A stretch of DNA of 64,000 nucleotides from Pecten maximus (lineage: Eukaryota), in contig NC_047024.1 of NCBI RefSeq assembly GCF_902652985.1, forward strand, positions 35,960,001 to 36,024,000. Reading direction: 5' to 3'. How positions within the stretch are numbered: position 1 is the stretch's first letter; every line of letters begins with the position of its first letter. The translations under genes were made by a program, and so were the position numbers. The notes below the pieces were generated by a model. That model was not told the origin of the DNA, did no database searches, and was given only the letters and a program-made list of their open reading frames with translations. Positions 1 to 11,500 of this stretch are shown here, piece after piece.

Positions 1-2373
1 GTTCGGAGAGAACAGGAAATGTGCTACTGATATTAGTGGGGAGAGAACAGGAAATGTGCTACTGATATTAGTGGGTAGAGAACAGGAAATGTGCTACTGA
101 TATTAGTGGGCAGAACAGGAAATGTGCTACTGATATCAGTTCGGAGAGAACAGGAAATGTGCTACTGATATTAGTGGGTAGAGAACAGGAAATCTGCTAA
201 TGATATTAGTGGGTAGAACAGGAAATGTGTTACTGATATTAATGGGGAGAGAACAGGAAATGTGCTACTGATATTGGTGGGGAGAGAACAGGAAATGTGT
301 TACTGATATTAGTGGGGAGAAACAGGAAATGTGCTACTGATATTAGTGGGCAGAACAGGAAATGTGCTACTGATATTGGTGGGGAGAGAACAGGAAATGT
401 GTTACTGATATTAGTGGGAGAGAACAGGAAATGTGCTACTGATATTAGTGGGCAGAACAGGAAATGTGTTACTGATATTAGTGGGGAGAAACAGGAAATG
501 TGCTACTGATATTAGTGGGTAGAGAACAGGAAATGTGTTACTGATATTAGTGGGTAGAGAACAGGAAATGTTCTACTGATATTAGTGGGGAGAAACAGGA
601 AATGTGCTACTGATATTAGTGGGGAGAGAACAGGAAATGTGCTACTGATATTAGTGGGGAAAGAACAGGAAATGTGCTACTGATATTATTGTGTAGAGAA
701 CAGGAAATGTGCTACTAATATTAGTGGGGAGAACAGGAAATGTGCTAATGATATTAGTGGGGAGAGAACAGGAAATGTGCTACTGATATTAGTGGGCAGA
801 ACAGGAAATGCATGTGCTACTGATATCAGTGGGGAGAGAACAGGAAATGTGCTACTAATATTAGTGGGTAGAGAACAGGAAATGTGCTACTGATATTAGT
901 GGGGAGAGAACAGGAAATGTGTTACTGATATTAGTGGGTAGAGAACAGGAAATGTGCTACTGATATTAGTGGGGAGAAACAGGAAATGTGCTACTGATAT
1001 TGGTGGGGAGAGAACAAGAAATGTGTTACTGATATTAGTGGAGAGAGAACAGGAAATGTGCTACTGATATTGGTGGGGAGAGAACAAGAAATGTGTTACT
1101 GATATTAGTGGAGAGAGAACAGGAAATGTGTTACTGATATTAGTGGGTAGAGAACAGGAAATGTGTTACTGATATTAGTGGGGAGAAACAGGAAATGTGC
1201 TACTGATATTAGAGGGCAGAACAGGAAATGTGTTACTGATATTAGTGGGGAGAGAACAGGAAATGTGTTACTGACATTAGTGGAGAGAGACAGGAAATGT
1301 GTTACTGATATTAGTGGGTAGAGAACAGGAAATGTGTTACTGATATTAGTGGGGAGAAACAGGAAATGTGTTACTGATATTAGTGGAGAGAGAACAGGAA
1401 ATGTGTTACTGATATTAGTGGGGAGAAACAGGAAATGTGTTACTGATATTAGTGGAGAGAGAACAGGAAATGTGTTACTGATATTAGTGGAGAGAGAACA
1501 GGAAATGTGTTACTGATATTAGTGGGGAGAAACAGGAAATGTGCTACTGATATTAGTGGGCAGAACAGGAAATGTGTTACTGATATTAGTGGGGAGAGAA
1601 CAGGAAATGTGCTACTGATATTAGTGGAGAGAGAACAGGAAATGTGCTACTGATATCAGTGGGGAGAAACAGGAAATGTGCTACTGATATTAGTGGGTAG
1701 AGAACAGAAAATGTGTTACTGATATTAGTGGGGAGAGAACAGGAAATGTGCTACTGATATTAGTGGGAGAGAACAGGAAATGTGCTACTGATATCAGTGG
1801 GGAGAGAACAGGAAATGTGTTACTGATATTAGTGGGGAGAGAACAGAAATGTGCTACTGATATTAGTGGGTAGAGAACAGGAAATGTGTTACTGATATTA
1901 GTGGGGAGAGAACAGAAATGTGTTACTGATATTAGTGGGGAGAGAACAGAAATGTGCTACTGATATTAGTGGGGAGAGAACAGGAAATGTGTTACTGATA
2001 TTAGTGGGCAGAAACAGAAAATGTGCTACTTATATTAGTGGGTAGAGAACAGGAAATGTGCTACTCAAATTAGTGTGGAGAAACAGAAAATGTGCTACTT
2101 ATATTAGTGGGTAGAGAACAGGAAATGTGCTACTGATAGTAGTGGGGAGAGAACAGGAAATGTGCTACTGATAGTAGTGGGTAGAGAACAGGAAATGTGT
2201 TACTGATATTAGTGGGTAGAGAACAGGAAATTTGTTACTGATATTAGTGGGGAGAGAACAGGAAATGTGCTACTGATATCAGTGGAGAGAGAACAGGAAA
2301 TGTGCTACTGATAGTAGTGGGGAGAGAACAGGAAATGTGCTACTAATATTAGTGGGGAGAGAACAGGAAACAG
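1..2373. repeat. Minisatellite, 31-33 bp unit (gagaacaggaaatgtgctactgatattagtggg), runs off the window start
   Basis: Many near-identical tandem units; probably intronic in the minus-strand gene whose first exon is at 3825. Confidence 0.97.
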
Positions 2374-2508
2374 GTAATTACAATTAACAAGGAAAAAGGA
2401 ATGACTACACGGTGTATTGAAATGAAAAGACTTACATGGATTGGAACAGAAAAAGTGTACAAGAAATGACAAATGGCACAAAGAACACTTCACATATTAT
2501 TTTTTGTT

Positions 2509-2990
2509 GTTTCTGAGCATTTTGGTAATGTATACGTAGGAACCCTTTGATCACCAGCCTTGTGTCCTAGTACTAGACCACTATGCATCCACACAAAAAA
2601 AATAAAAAGGTATGTAACTGATGTTACCTACACGATCAAACCAATGACTTTACCAACAATTTACATTATTGTCTCTTTCAACAAACAAGTTGATCTTAAT
2701 GACAAACGATACTATTTTGAATATAATGTACATAAATAATTGCCATGTTTCTGAGCATTTTGGTAATGTATACGTAGCAACCCTTTGATCATGATCACCA
2801 GCCTTGTGTCCTAGTACTAGACCACTATGCATCCACAAAAAAAAAATAAAAAGGTATGTAACTGATGTTACCTACACGATCAAACCAATGACTTTACCAA
2901 CAATTTACATTATTGTCTCTTTCAACAAACAAGTTGATCTTAATGACAAACGATACTATTTTGAATATAATGTACATAAATAATTGCCAT
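2509..2990. repeat. Near-perfect tandem duplication of about 240 bp (2509-2746, 2747-2990)
   Basis: Both copies start gtttctgagcattttggtaatg and end taaataattgccat; followed by a poly-C run at 2999-3028. Confidence 0.9.
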
Positions 2991-2997
2991 GAGTATA

Positions 2998-3028
<31 letters not shown>

Positions 3029-3824
3029 ATTTCTTCATAAACAATCATTCTGGCTCGAACTGGCCACACCACACACCAAAAGAAAAAGAAAACAAATATG
3101 TAACGTTAGAAATACATCTGTACCTGTAACTAGAACAATTAGAGCAATTACCATTACGGATTTTATCAACTTTAATGAAACTTAAATCTACACAAGCTTA
3201 CGCATATTACAAACTGAACTGTTATATTTACATTTGGTTCCATTTACATGTGTATATTATAATATTATAGGATTACTTGGAACTTCATCAGTCATTATAA
3301 CCCTTCAAACTTCCGCTAGCAGCACAATATTACAAGTGAACAATTAATTTACTTCGAGGAATTTCCAGACCAAAACTACGGTTAGCATTGTGTAGTAATA
3401 CGGGGAAACACTAGGGAATTAAGTGACAGTCATAGGTGACTTTATTTTTATTGATGTCGTACTTGTTATAAATCATCAATTTCTCAAAAATACCCAGATA
3501 TCTCTCTAGTCTGATATTCTATTGTAAGAATTCTGAGAATGATCTACGAGTACATTAATTAACCAAAATATCGCTTTCATTTTCTAATGTCTATCGATTG
3601 TAAAATGTGGCACCGAATTACAAATATCGTTATTCACAATTATTCTGATGATATAAACACGACTGAGTGTTCGACAGGACTAAATAAAGGTAAATGGGTG
3701 GGTACGACTTAATATCTTAGACAGCTGAGTCAGGAGCAACCTGTAACACCCTCAACATAAACACACAGCCAACAACAAGTTTACCCCCGATTTGCCACAA
3801 ACAATGACATTATATGTAACCTAC

Positions 3825-3867
3825 CATCAGAATTTATGAGAATTGGTGTATCGGGTGAGGAATTCAT
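3825..3867 (-). CDS. Putative first coding exon of a gene continuing off the left edge (MNSSPDTPILINSD, phase 1)
   Basis: ATG at 3867, donor G|GTAGGT at 3824, CpG-containing 5' UTR with promoter motifs just upstream; product not identifiable from 14 codons. Confidence 0.55.
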
Positions 3868-3943
3868 CGTGTCCCCAACATTTGATTCCGTCCCGTCTAC
3901 ACCTAAAACGCTGTCAAAAGTCCACACTCCTCGTCCGATTCAT

Positions 3944-4006
3944 TCTGCCATTTTCTTGACATCGAGCTGGTACAAAACAGGAAGTGATCGTACGCCGTCA
4001 CGTGAT
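3944..4006 (-). promoter_or_regulatory. Core promoter: YY1-like AAAATGGC (about 3947-3954), ETS site CAGGAAGTG (3978-3986), CLEAR/USF E-box GTCACGTGAT (3997-4006)
   Basis: Three housekeeping-promoter motifs clustered within 60 bp directly upstream of an exon with a good donor. Confidence 0.6.
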
Positions 4007-4224
4007 CATGTAATGTAGGTTCGCAGAACTTTGCTTGAGCAAATAGATGATATGAACACCGACAATACTTACGCATAACTCAGTACTATGTGCTAGAAAT
4101 AATGTTACCAATAAATCATATAAAAAGTAATATTATCCAATTAACCAATTTTATCATTTTACTACATTTTCCACATACAAACATAACTGTTAGGTGTGTT
4201 CGTTTAAAATACATAAAGGATTCC

Positions 4225-4356
4225 CAAGATTAGATGTCAGAAAATATTCATTCACGCAGATGATATAAGGAATAGTCTCCCATTTGATGTTGTAAATGCC
4301 ATATCAATTAAACAATTCGAATATAAACTTGTTGAACATTGGAAAAATCAGCCACA
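4225..4356 (+). mobile_element. CR1-type LINE 3' remnant (ORF2 C-terminus)
   Basis: Translates with a disruption as RLDVRKYSFTQ...NSLPFDVVNAISIKQFEYKLVEHWKNQP, the typical CR1 ORF2 tail. Confidence 0.65.
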
Positions 4357-4799
4357 ATAGTACTGTTTCAAAGAGAAAATCAAGCTCACGGTGAACTGAA
4401 CAATTATTTATTATTTCAATAACTTTATTACGAGCTAACAAACAAAGGATGTAAATTCTGTACATATTTTTATGTATGCTGTCAAAATAAATCTATGTAT
4501 GATCTCTGTGTCATAGTAACTAAATGATCAAGTTTTATTTATCGTAACGACAATGGTCATTATATATGGAAATTATATTTTCACAAACAATTCAATATTT
4601 TAAACTATATAAAATATCTTATATGATTAATAATATATCTTATATAATTTGGTTAAGTACTTGATCAACATTGCTCCAAGAATAAATCACAACTTGGCTA
4701 GCCATAAATCCATTACATCAATGAGAATATTCCATTTGGCTTTGATCTATTGTTGTTGAGTATATTTTCGAACATCAAAAAATACTATCTGCTTGTAAG

Positions 4800-5280
4800 A
4801 TGTTGAATGCTTTATTTCACCCAATGCGACTTTTAGATATTACACCTACTTGGTGCCATGGTGATATTGAAATGAACCCTGGTCCCAATAGATCCGATTT
4901 AAGTGTGCTTCGTTTGAATACTAGATTCTACAAATATTATGAACAACTTATTTGAACTTGATAGTATTTAACTACAGATTTTGATAGTTTGTTTTTACCT
5001 TATCGATTGGAAAATCTTCAAATAAAAAAATAAAGGTAATAAATATGAAAAGGCAAACTTTTTATAGTAATCTCGATCCAAACTTTTGATAGATCAAGGA
5101 ATTCTATATTCCTCGATTCTTTAGAAAAATGCTTAAAATCTTTATGACTAAACAAAAATATATTTGTATATATATATATATGAAATAGCTTATAGTGACC
5201 AATAATAATCCCAGGTACTTAATGATAACTTTTCTTCCATTTCTACTATTGATGATTCTAACGTAAACTTACCAGAATTT
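4800..5280 (+). mobile_element. Decayed CR1/L2-type LINE ORF2 5' part: 2A-like motif followed by the start of the AP endonuclease
   Basis: 4854-4886 encodes CHGDIEMNPGP, then NRSDLSVLRLNTR (first APE motif); further disrupted LINE-like patches follow. Confidence 0.65.
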
Positions 5281-5515
5281 GTTACGAAATGTGCGAATTA
5301 TTCCAGTCATATTGTTGTCAGCGTAGACGGCGTTTATAGAGTTGTGTCTATGCTTGGTATAAGAAAAAGCAATGGGTCACGAAAAAATAGTCATCGGATG
5401 AAGTTTATTCGTGCGTTGTGCTTTGTGAACTTTCGACAAAGTTTGGTTATAAATGATTGTTATTCAAACTCCGCCAGTATGGAATTCAGGGAAACCTACT
5501 GGCATGGTTGTCTAG

Positions 5516-6576
5516 TATGTGGCGCCGTTTTACTATTTATTCCCAGTTGGTGATATCACCTATTCAAATAGGTGATATCACCAATTCATTTTTCAAATAA
5601 GTGATATCACCCATTCGAATAGGTCATATCACTTCATGAAACGAATAGGTGATATCACCTATTCGAATAGGTGATATCACTTATAAAATTCTTAAGTGAT
5701 ATCACCTATTCGAATGAGTGATATCACCTATTCGAATAGGTGATATCACTTATAAAATTTGGAAAACTTTATGCTCCCCAATTCCATCAAGTGTAACATG
5801 TCTTATTTGGGAGCAGTCGTTTGTATTGATTCTAAAGTGATATCACTTATTCGAATAGGTGATATCACTTATGAAATTTTATAAGTGATATCACCAATTC
5901 GAATAGGTGATATCACTTTTAAAATTTCATAAGTGATATCACCTATTCGAATAGGTGATATCACTCATTCGAATAGGTGATATCACTTAATGAAACGAAT
6001 AGGTGATATCACCAATTCGAATAGGTGATATCACTTAAGAATATTTTTAAGTGATATCACCTATTCGAATAGGTGATATCACCTATTCGAATGAGTGATA
6101 TCACCTATTCGAATTGGTGATATCACCTATTCGAATTGGTGATATCACCTATTCGTTTCATTAAGTGATATCACCAATTCGAATTGGTGATATCACGTAT
6201 TTGAAAAATGAATTGGTGATATCACCTATTCGAATAGGTGATATCACTGATTGAATAGGTGATATCACCTATTCGAATAGGTGATATCACCAAATGGGAA
6301 TAAATAGTAAAACGGCGCCCCATAGGTATCACCTATTCGAATTGGTGATATCACCTATTCGTTTCAATAAGTGATATCACCTATTCGAATGAGTGATATC
6401 ACCTATTCGAATGGGTGATATCGCTTAATGAAACGAATAGGTGATATCACTCATTCGAATAGGTGATATCACTTAAAAAAGTTCTTAAGTGATATCACCT
6501 ATTCGAATAGGTGATATCACTCATTTGAATAGGTGATATCACCAAATGGGAATTAATAGTAAAACGGCGCCCCATA
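5516..6576. mobile_element. Non-autonomous DNA transposon (IS3EU-like termini) filled with palindromic 22-bp repeats
   Basis: About 30-bp TIRs tatgtggcgccgttttactatttattccca / tgggaattaatagtaaaacggcgccccata; exact 6-bp TSD GTCTAG at 5510-5515 and 6577-6582; extra right TIR at 6295-6324. Confidence 0.85.
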
Positions 6577-6650
6577 GTCTAGTTATTTACGGAAATGTTA
6601 CTGCTTATTTGAACTATTTATCTGCTGGCAAGCCGCAAGGAACAGTCCTC

Positions 6651-6771
6651 GAAGAGCGATAGGCCTAATGCGCCACGAGAAGAGCGATAGGCCTAATGTG
6701 CCACGAGAAGAGCGACAGGCCTAATGCGCCACGAGAAGAGCGACAGGCCTAATGCGCCACGAGAAGAGCGA
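6651..6771. repeat. 28-bp tandem repeat, about 4.3 copies (gaagagcgataggcctaatgcgccacga)
   Basis: Direct inspection. Confidence 0.85.
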
Positions 6772-8549
6772 CATTGAGCCATTCGAAGAGCGACGGTGCG
6801 CCTGGTCGAAATCGGTCACCACAAATGATGACTTATTAGGACATTTTTTACGCTGTCAAAAATTGTGTGTGTGTGTGTTGTATCTTTGTTGTTTTGTTTG
6901 TTTTTTTAGGAGTTCGGGGGGGGGGGGGGGGGGGGGGGGGTTAAAATCTTCTCGGTACCCAACGTGCCTCTTGCAAAGCATTGTAACCTGCAAATGCCGC
7001 GATTCTCTAAACACCACGAGCTGTAGATATTGAATGATGTCAGGAATCCGCGTCATTTCATTTAAAGTGTTGAATTAAACCTGCATTGTCCAAACATATG
7101 CTGGGAGGGGGTGAGGGTTGGGTGCGCTTTTCGTGATTCAAGATAAATTGCATGTATACTTTTTAAAATTACTTGTTGAATCTATTCAGGTTGCAGTACT
7201 ACTAATTTGGGGCTAGATATCTAATTATCCAACATACGCAATACTTCCCCTCTTTATACACATTATATTTCAGCACTCTCTCCGTAAACACCAGTAATCA
7301 TTCTCGTTTTTTATATAATTGACATTTCATAGTTATCAGTCGTCAAACCTATAACATACACGAGATGAAGATCGAGATACATAGCATATCTTATTATCAT
7401 TTGTTACATGGTACGCTGAAGTGTATCGATTTCTGCTTCTGAGCGGTACACCTTAAATATATATATATTAATCAAAAAAAGTGAAACGGATGATATCGGT
7501 CGGACACTTTTAATACATTTTAAACGTGGTTGGTCGATTTCGAAAATGGTACACATTTTTTTTCAATACACATTTAATTACAAAAGTGGATAAAAGTGTA
7601 CCTGCCACCAGTGAAAATATTTCCTTTGGAGACCGCAAAATGAGGCCTATTCATTTCTAAAAAAAAACCCAACACTTCCAGTAATTTTATTTCACTATTA
7701 AATCACTAAAGTTTCACCAAAACAAAAATTTTAATCGCTGATTTATTATACTTTTAACATTATTATAATTCGGGGGGGGGGGGGGGGTTAACAACACCAT
7801 GAAGGCATTGCTCTCCGGTAGTCGCTCCTAACAACACGTCTCTGTCCATCTTGCTACGTACTGGACATCATGGTTATGTTACAGCCGCCACGTACTTGGC
7901 AGTCACTAGCAGGTTTCCGTAGGTTTGATCTCTATGGTACACACGCGGACCTACGTTTTTTTGTGACGTAGGCCCGCGCCTACCCCCATGTGGTTAAAAG
8001 GTGGAATAATAAGTGTACCGTTTCATATTAAGTTTGAATCGGGTTTCGTAAATATGATTATGTGTACGACTTAATGTATTCGGGGTGTTCAGCACACGCG
8101 ATTCTTCTCTAGCTGTACATATTCATTCTTTGCGATTTCTGATTAATATTGGCTTTTAGTCTTAACTCTCCCAAGACTTTATACAAACTACTGCCATACC
8201 TAGTAAACCTGTTTCACAATCACGCGACTCTTCATACTAGGCGTGGGTTTACGACAGAGAACAAAACTCTCCAACAACTACCTAAATGTTTTACGTGATT
8301 TTACTTGAAGGGATTCAGATTTTTTTTCTCAATATGCTAAAGTATCAATGGATTGTTGACAACATCCGTGACTTTAGAGAGATGTGGGTTGGTGAAAACT
8401 AGTTAAGTTTTGGGTCGTCACTTGGATATCACTATTTGGTTTCTGTATGCACATTGGAGTGGGATAACATGTCAGGAGGCGCAACTGGGAGGGGCAAGGG
8501 AGAAGGAAAAACGGGTGGGCAGGAACAATGTGAACGGATGGAAGCGCGA

Positions 8550-11500
8550 GGGACACGACCAGGGCCCAGGCGGACGCTCGGGACACGACCAGGCCCAGCC
8601 GGGACACGCGGGGACACGACAAGGCCCCAGTGCGGACACGCGGGACACAACCATGACCAAGGCGGACACGCGGGACACGACCAGGGCCCAGGCCGGTACG
8701 CGCGGGAGACGACCAGGCCCCAGGCGTACACAGCGGGACACGACCAGGGCCCAGGCCCGGACACGCGGGGACGCGACCAGGGCCCAGGCGGACGCGCTGT
8801 GACACGACCAGGGCCCAGCCGGACACCCGGGACACGACCAGGGGCCAGCGGACACGCGGGACACGACCAGGGCCCAGGCGGACGCGCGGGACACAACCAG
8901 GACCAAGGCGGACACGCGGGACACGACCAGGGCCCAGGCGGGACACCCGGGGACACGACCAGGCCCAGCCGGACGCGCGGGAGACGACCAGGCCCCAGGC
9001 GGACACGCGGGACACGACGAGGGCCCAGGCGGACGCGCGGGACACGACGAGGGCCCAGGCGGACACGCGGGACACGACCAGGGCCCAGGCGGACACGCGG
9101 GACACGACGAGGGCCCAGGCGGACGCGCGGGACACAACCAGGGCCCAGGCGGACACGCGGGACACGACCAGGGCCCAGGCGGACGCGCGGGACACGACGA
9201 GGGCCCAGGCGGACACGCGGGACACGACGAGGGCCCAGGCGGACACGCGGACACGACCATGGCCAGGCGGACTCGCGGGACACGACCAGGGCCCAGGCGG
9301 ACACGCGGGACACGACCAGGCCCCAGGCGGACGCGCGGGACACGACCAGGGCCCAGGCGGACGCGCGGGACACGACCCAGGGCCCAGGCGGACACGCGGG
9401 ACACGACCAGGCCCAGGCGGACGCGCGGGACACGACCAGGGCCCAGGCGACACCCGGGACACGACCAGGGCCCAGGGCGGACACGCGGGACACGACCAGG
9501 GCCCAGGGGACACGCGGGACACGACCAGGCCCCAGGCGGACGAGCGGGACACAACCAGGACCAAGGCGGACACGCGGGACACGACCAGGGCCCAGGCGGA
9601 CACCCGGGACACGACCAGGGCCCAGGCGGACGCGCGGGACACAACCAGGGCCCAGGCTGACGCGCGGGACACGACCAGCGCCAGGCCGGACACCCGGGAC
9701 ACAACCAGGACCAAGGCGGACACGCGGGACACGACCAGGGCCCAGGCGGACGCGCGGGAGACGACCAGGCCCCAGGCGGACACGCGGGACACAACGAGGG
9801 CCCAGGCGGGCGCGCGGGACACGACCAGGGCCCAGGCGGACACGCGGGACACGAACCAGGGCCCAGGCGGACGCGCGGGACACGACCAGGGCCCAGGCGG
9901 ACGCGCGGGACACAACCAGGGCCCAGGCGGACGCGCGGGACACAACCATGGGCCCAGGCGGACGCGCGGGACACAACCAGGGCCCAGGGGGACGCGCGGG
10001 ACACGACCAGGGCCCAGGCGGACACCCGGGACCACGACGAGGCCCAGGCGGACACGCGGGACACGGACCAGGGCCCAGGCGGACGCGCGGGACACGACCA
10101 GGGCCCAGGCGGACCACGCGGGACACGACCAGGGGCCAGCCGGACACGCGGGACACGACCAGGGCCCAGGCGGACGCGCGGGACACGACCCAGGCCCCAG
10201 GCGGACGCGCGGGACACGACCAGGCCCAAGCGGACGCGCGGGACACGACCAGGCCCCAGGCGGACGGCGGGACACGACCAGGGCCCAGGCGGACGAGCGG
10301 ACACGACCAGGGCCCAGGCGGACACCCGGGACCACGACCAGGGCCCAGGCGTACACCCGGGACACGACCAGGCCCCAGGCCGGACACCCGGGACACGACC
10401 AGTGCCCAGTCGGACACCCGGGACACGACCATTCCCCAGGCGTACACCCTGGACACAGCTTATGGGCCAGGCACCAGGGACGCGCGGTACACGACCAGGC
10501 CCAGGCGGACACGCGGGACACGACCAGGGGCCAGCCGGACACGCGGGACACGACCAGGGCCCAGGCGGACACCCGGGACACGACCAGGGGCCAGCCGACA
10601 CGCGGTGACACGACCAGGGCCCAGGCGGACACCCCGGGACACGTACGAGGGCCCAGGCGGACACGCGGGACACGACCAGGGCCCAGGCGGACGCGCGGGA
10701 CACGACCAGGGCCCAGGCGGACACGCGGGACACGACCAGGGGCCAGCCGGACACGCGGGAAACGACCAGGGCCCAGGCGGAAGCGCGGGACACGACCAGG
10801 CCCCAGGCGGACGCGCTGGGACACGACCAGGGCCCAGGCGGACGCGCGGACACGACAGGGGCCCCAGGCGGACACCCCGGGACATCGGACCAGGGCCCAG
10901 GCGGACACCCGGGACCGACCAGGCCCCAGGCGGACACCCGGGACACGACCATGGCCCAGGCGGACGAGCGGACACGACCAGGGGCCAGCCGGACACGCGG
11001 GGACACGACCAGGGCCCAGGGACGCGCGGGACAAGACAGGCCCCAGGCGGACGCGGGACAAGACCAGGGCCCAGCCGGACACGCGGGACGCGACCAGGCG
11101 CCAGGCGGACGCGCGGGACACGACCAGGCCCCAGGCGGACACGCGGGACGCGACCAGGCCCAAGCGGACGCGCGGGACACGGACCAGGCCCCAGGCGGAC
11201 GCGCGGGACACGACCAGGTCCCAGGCGGACGAGCGGGACACGACCAGGGCCCAGGCGGACACCGGGACACGACAGGGGCCAGGCGGACACCCGGGACACG
11301 ACCAGTGCCCAGGCGGACACCCCGGGACACTACCAGGCCCAGTGCTTACACCCGGTACACAGCGAGGGGCCAGGCGGACGCGCGGGACACGACCAGGGCC
11401 CAGGCGGACACGCGGGACACGACCAGGGCCCAGCCGGACACGCGGGACACGAACCAGGGCCCAGGCTGACACCCGGGAAACGACCAGGACCAGCCGGACA

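Noticed and set aside
3940-3942. Selenocysteine TGA
   Set aside because: No SECIS can be assessed because the 3' UTR is outside the window, and there is no redox-motif context; a uORF stop is simpler
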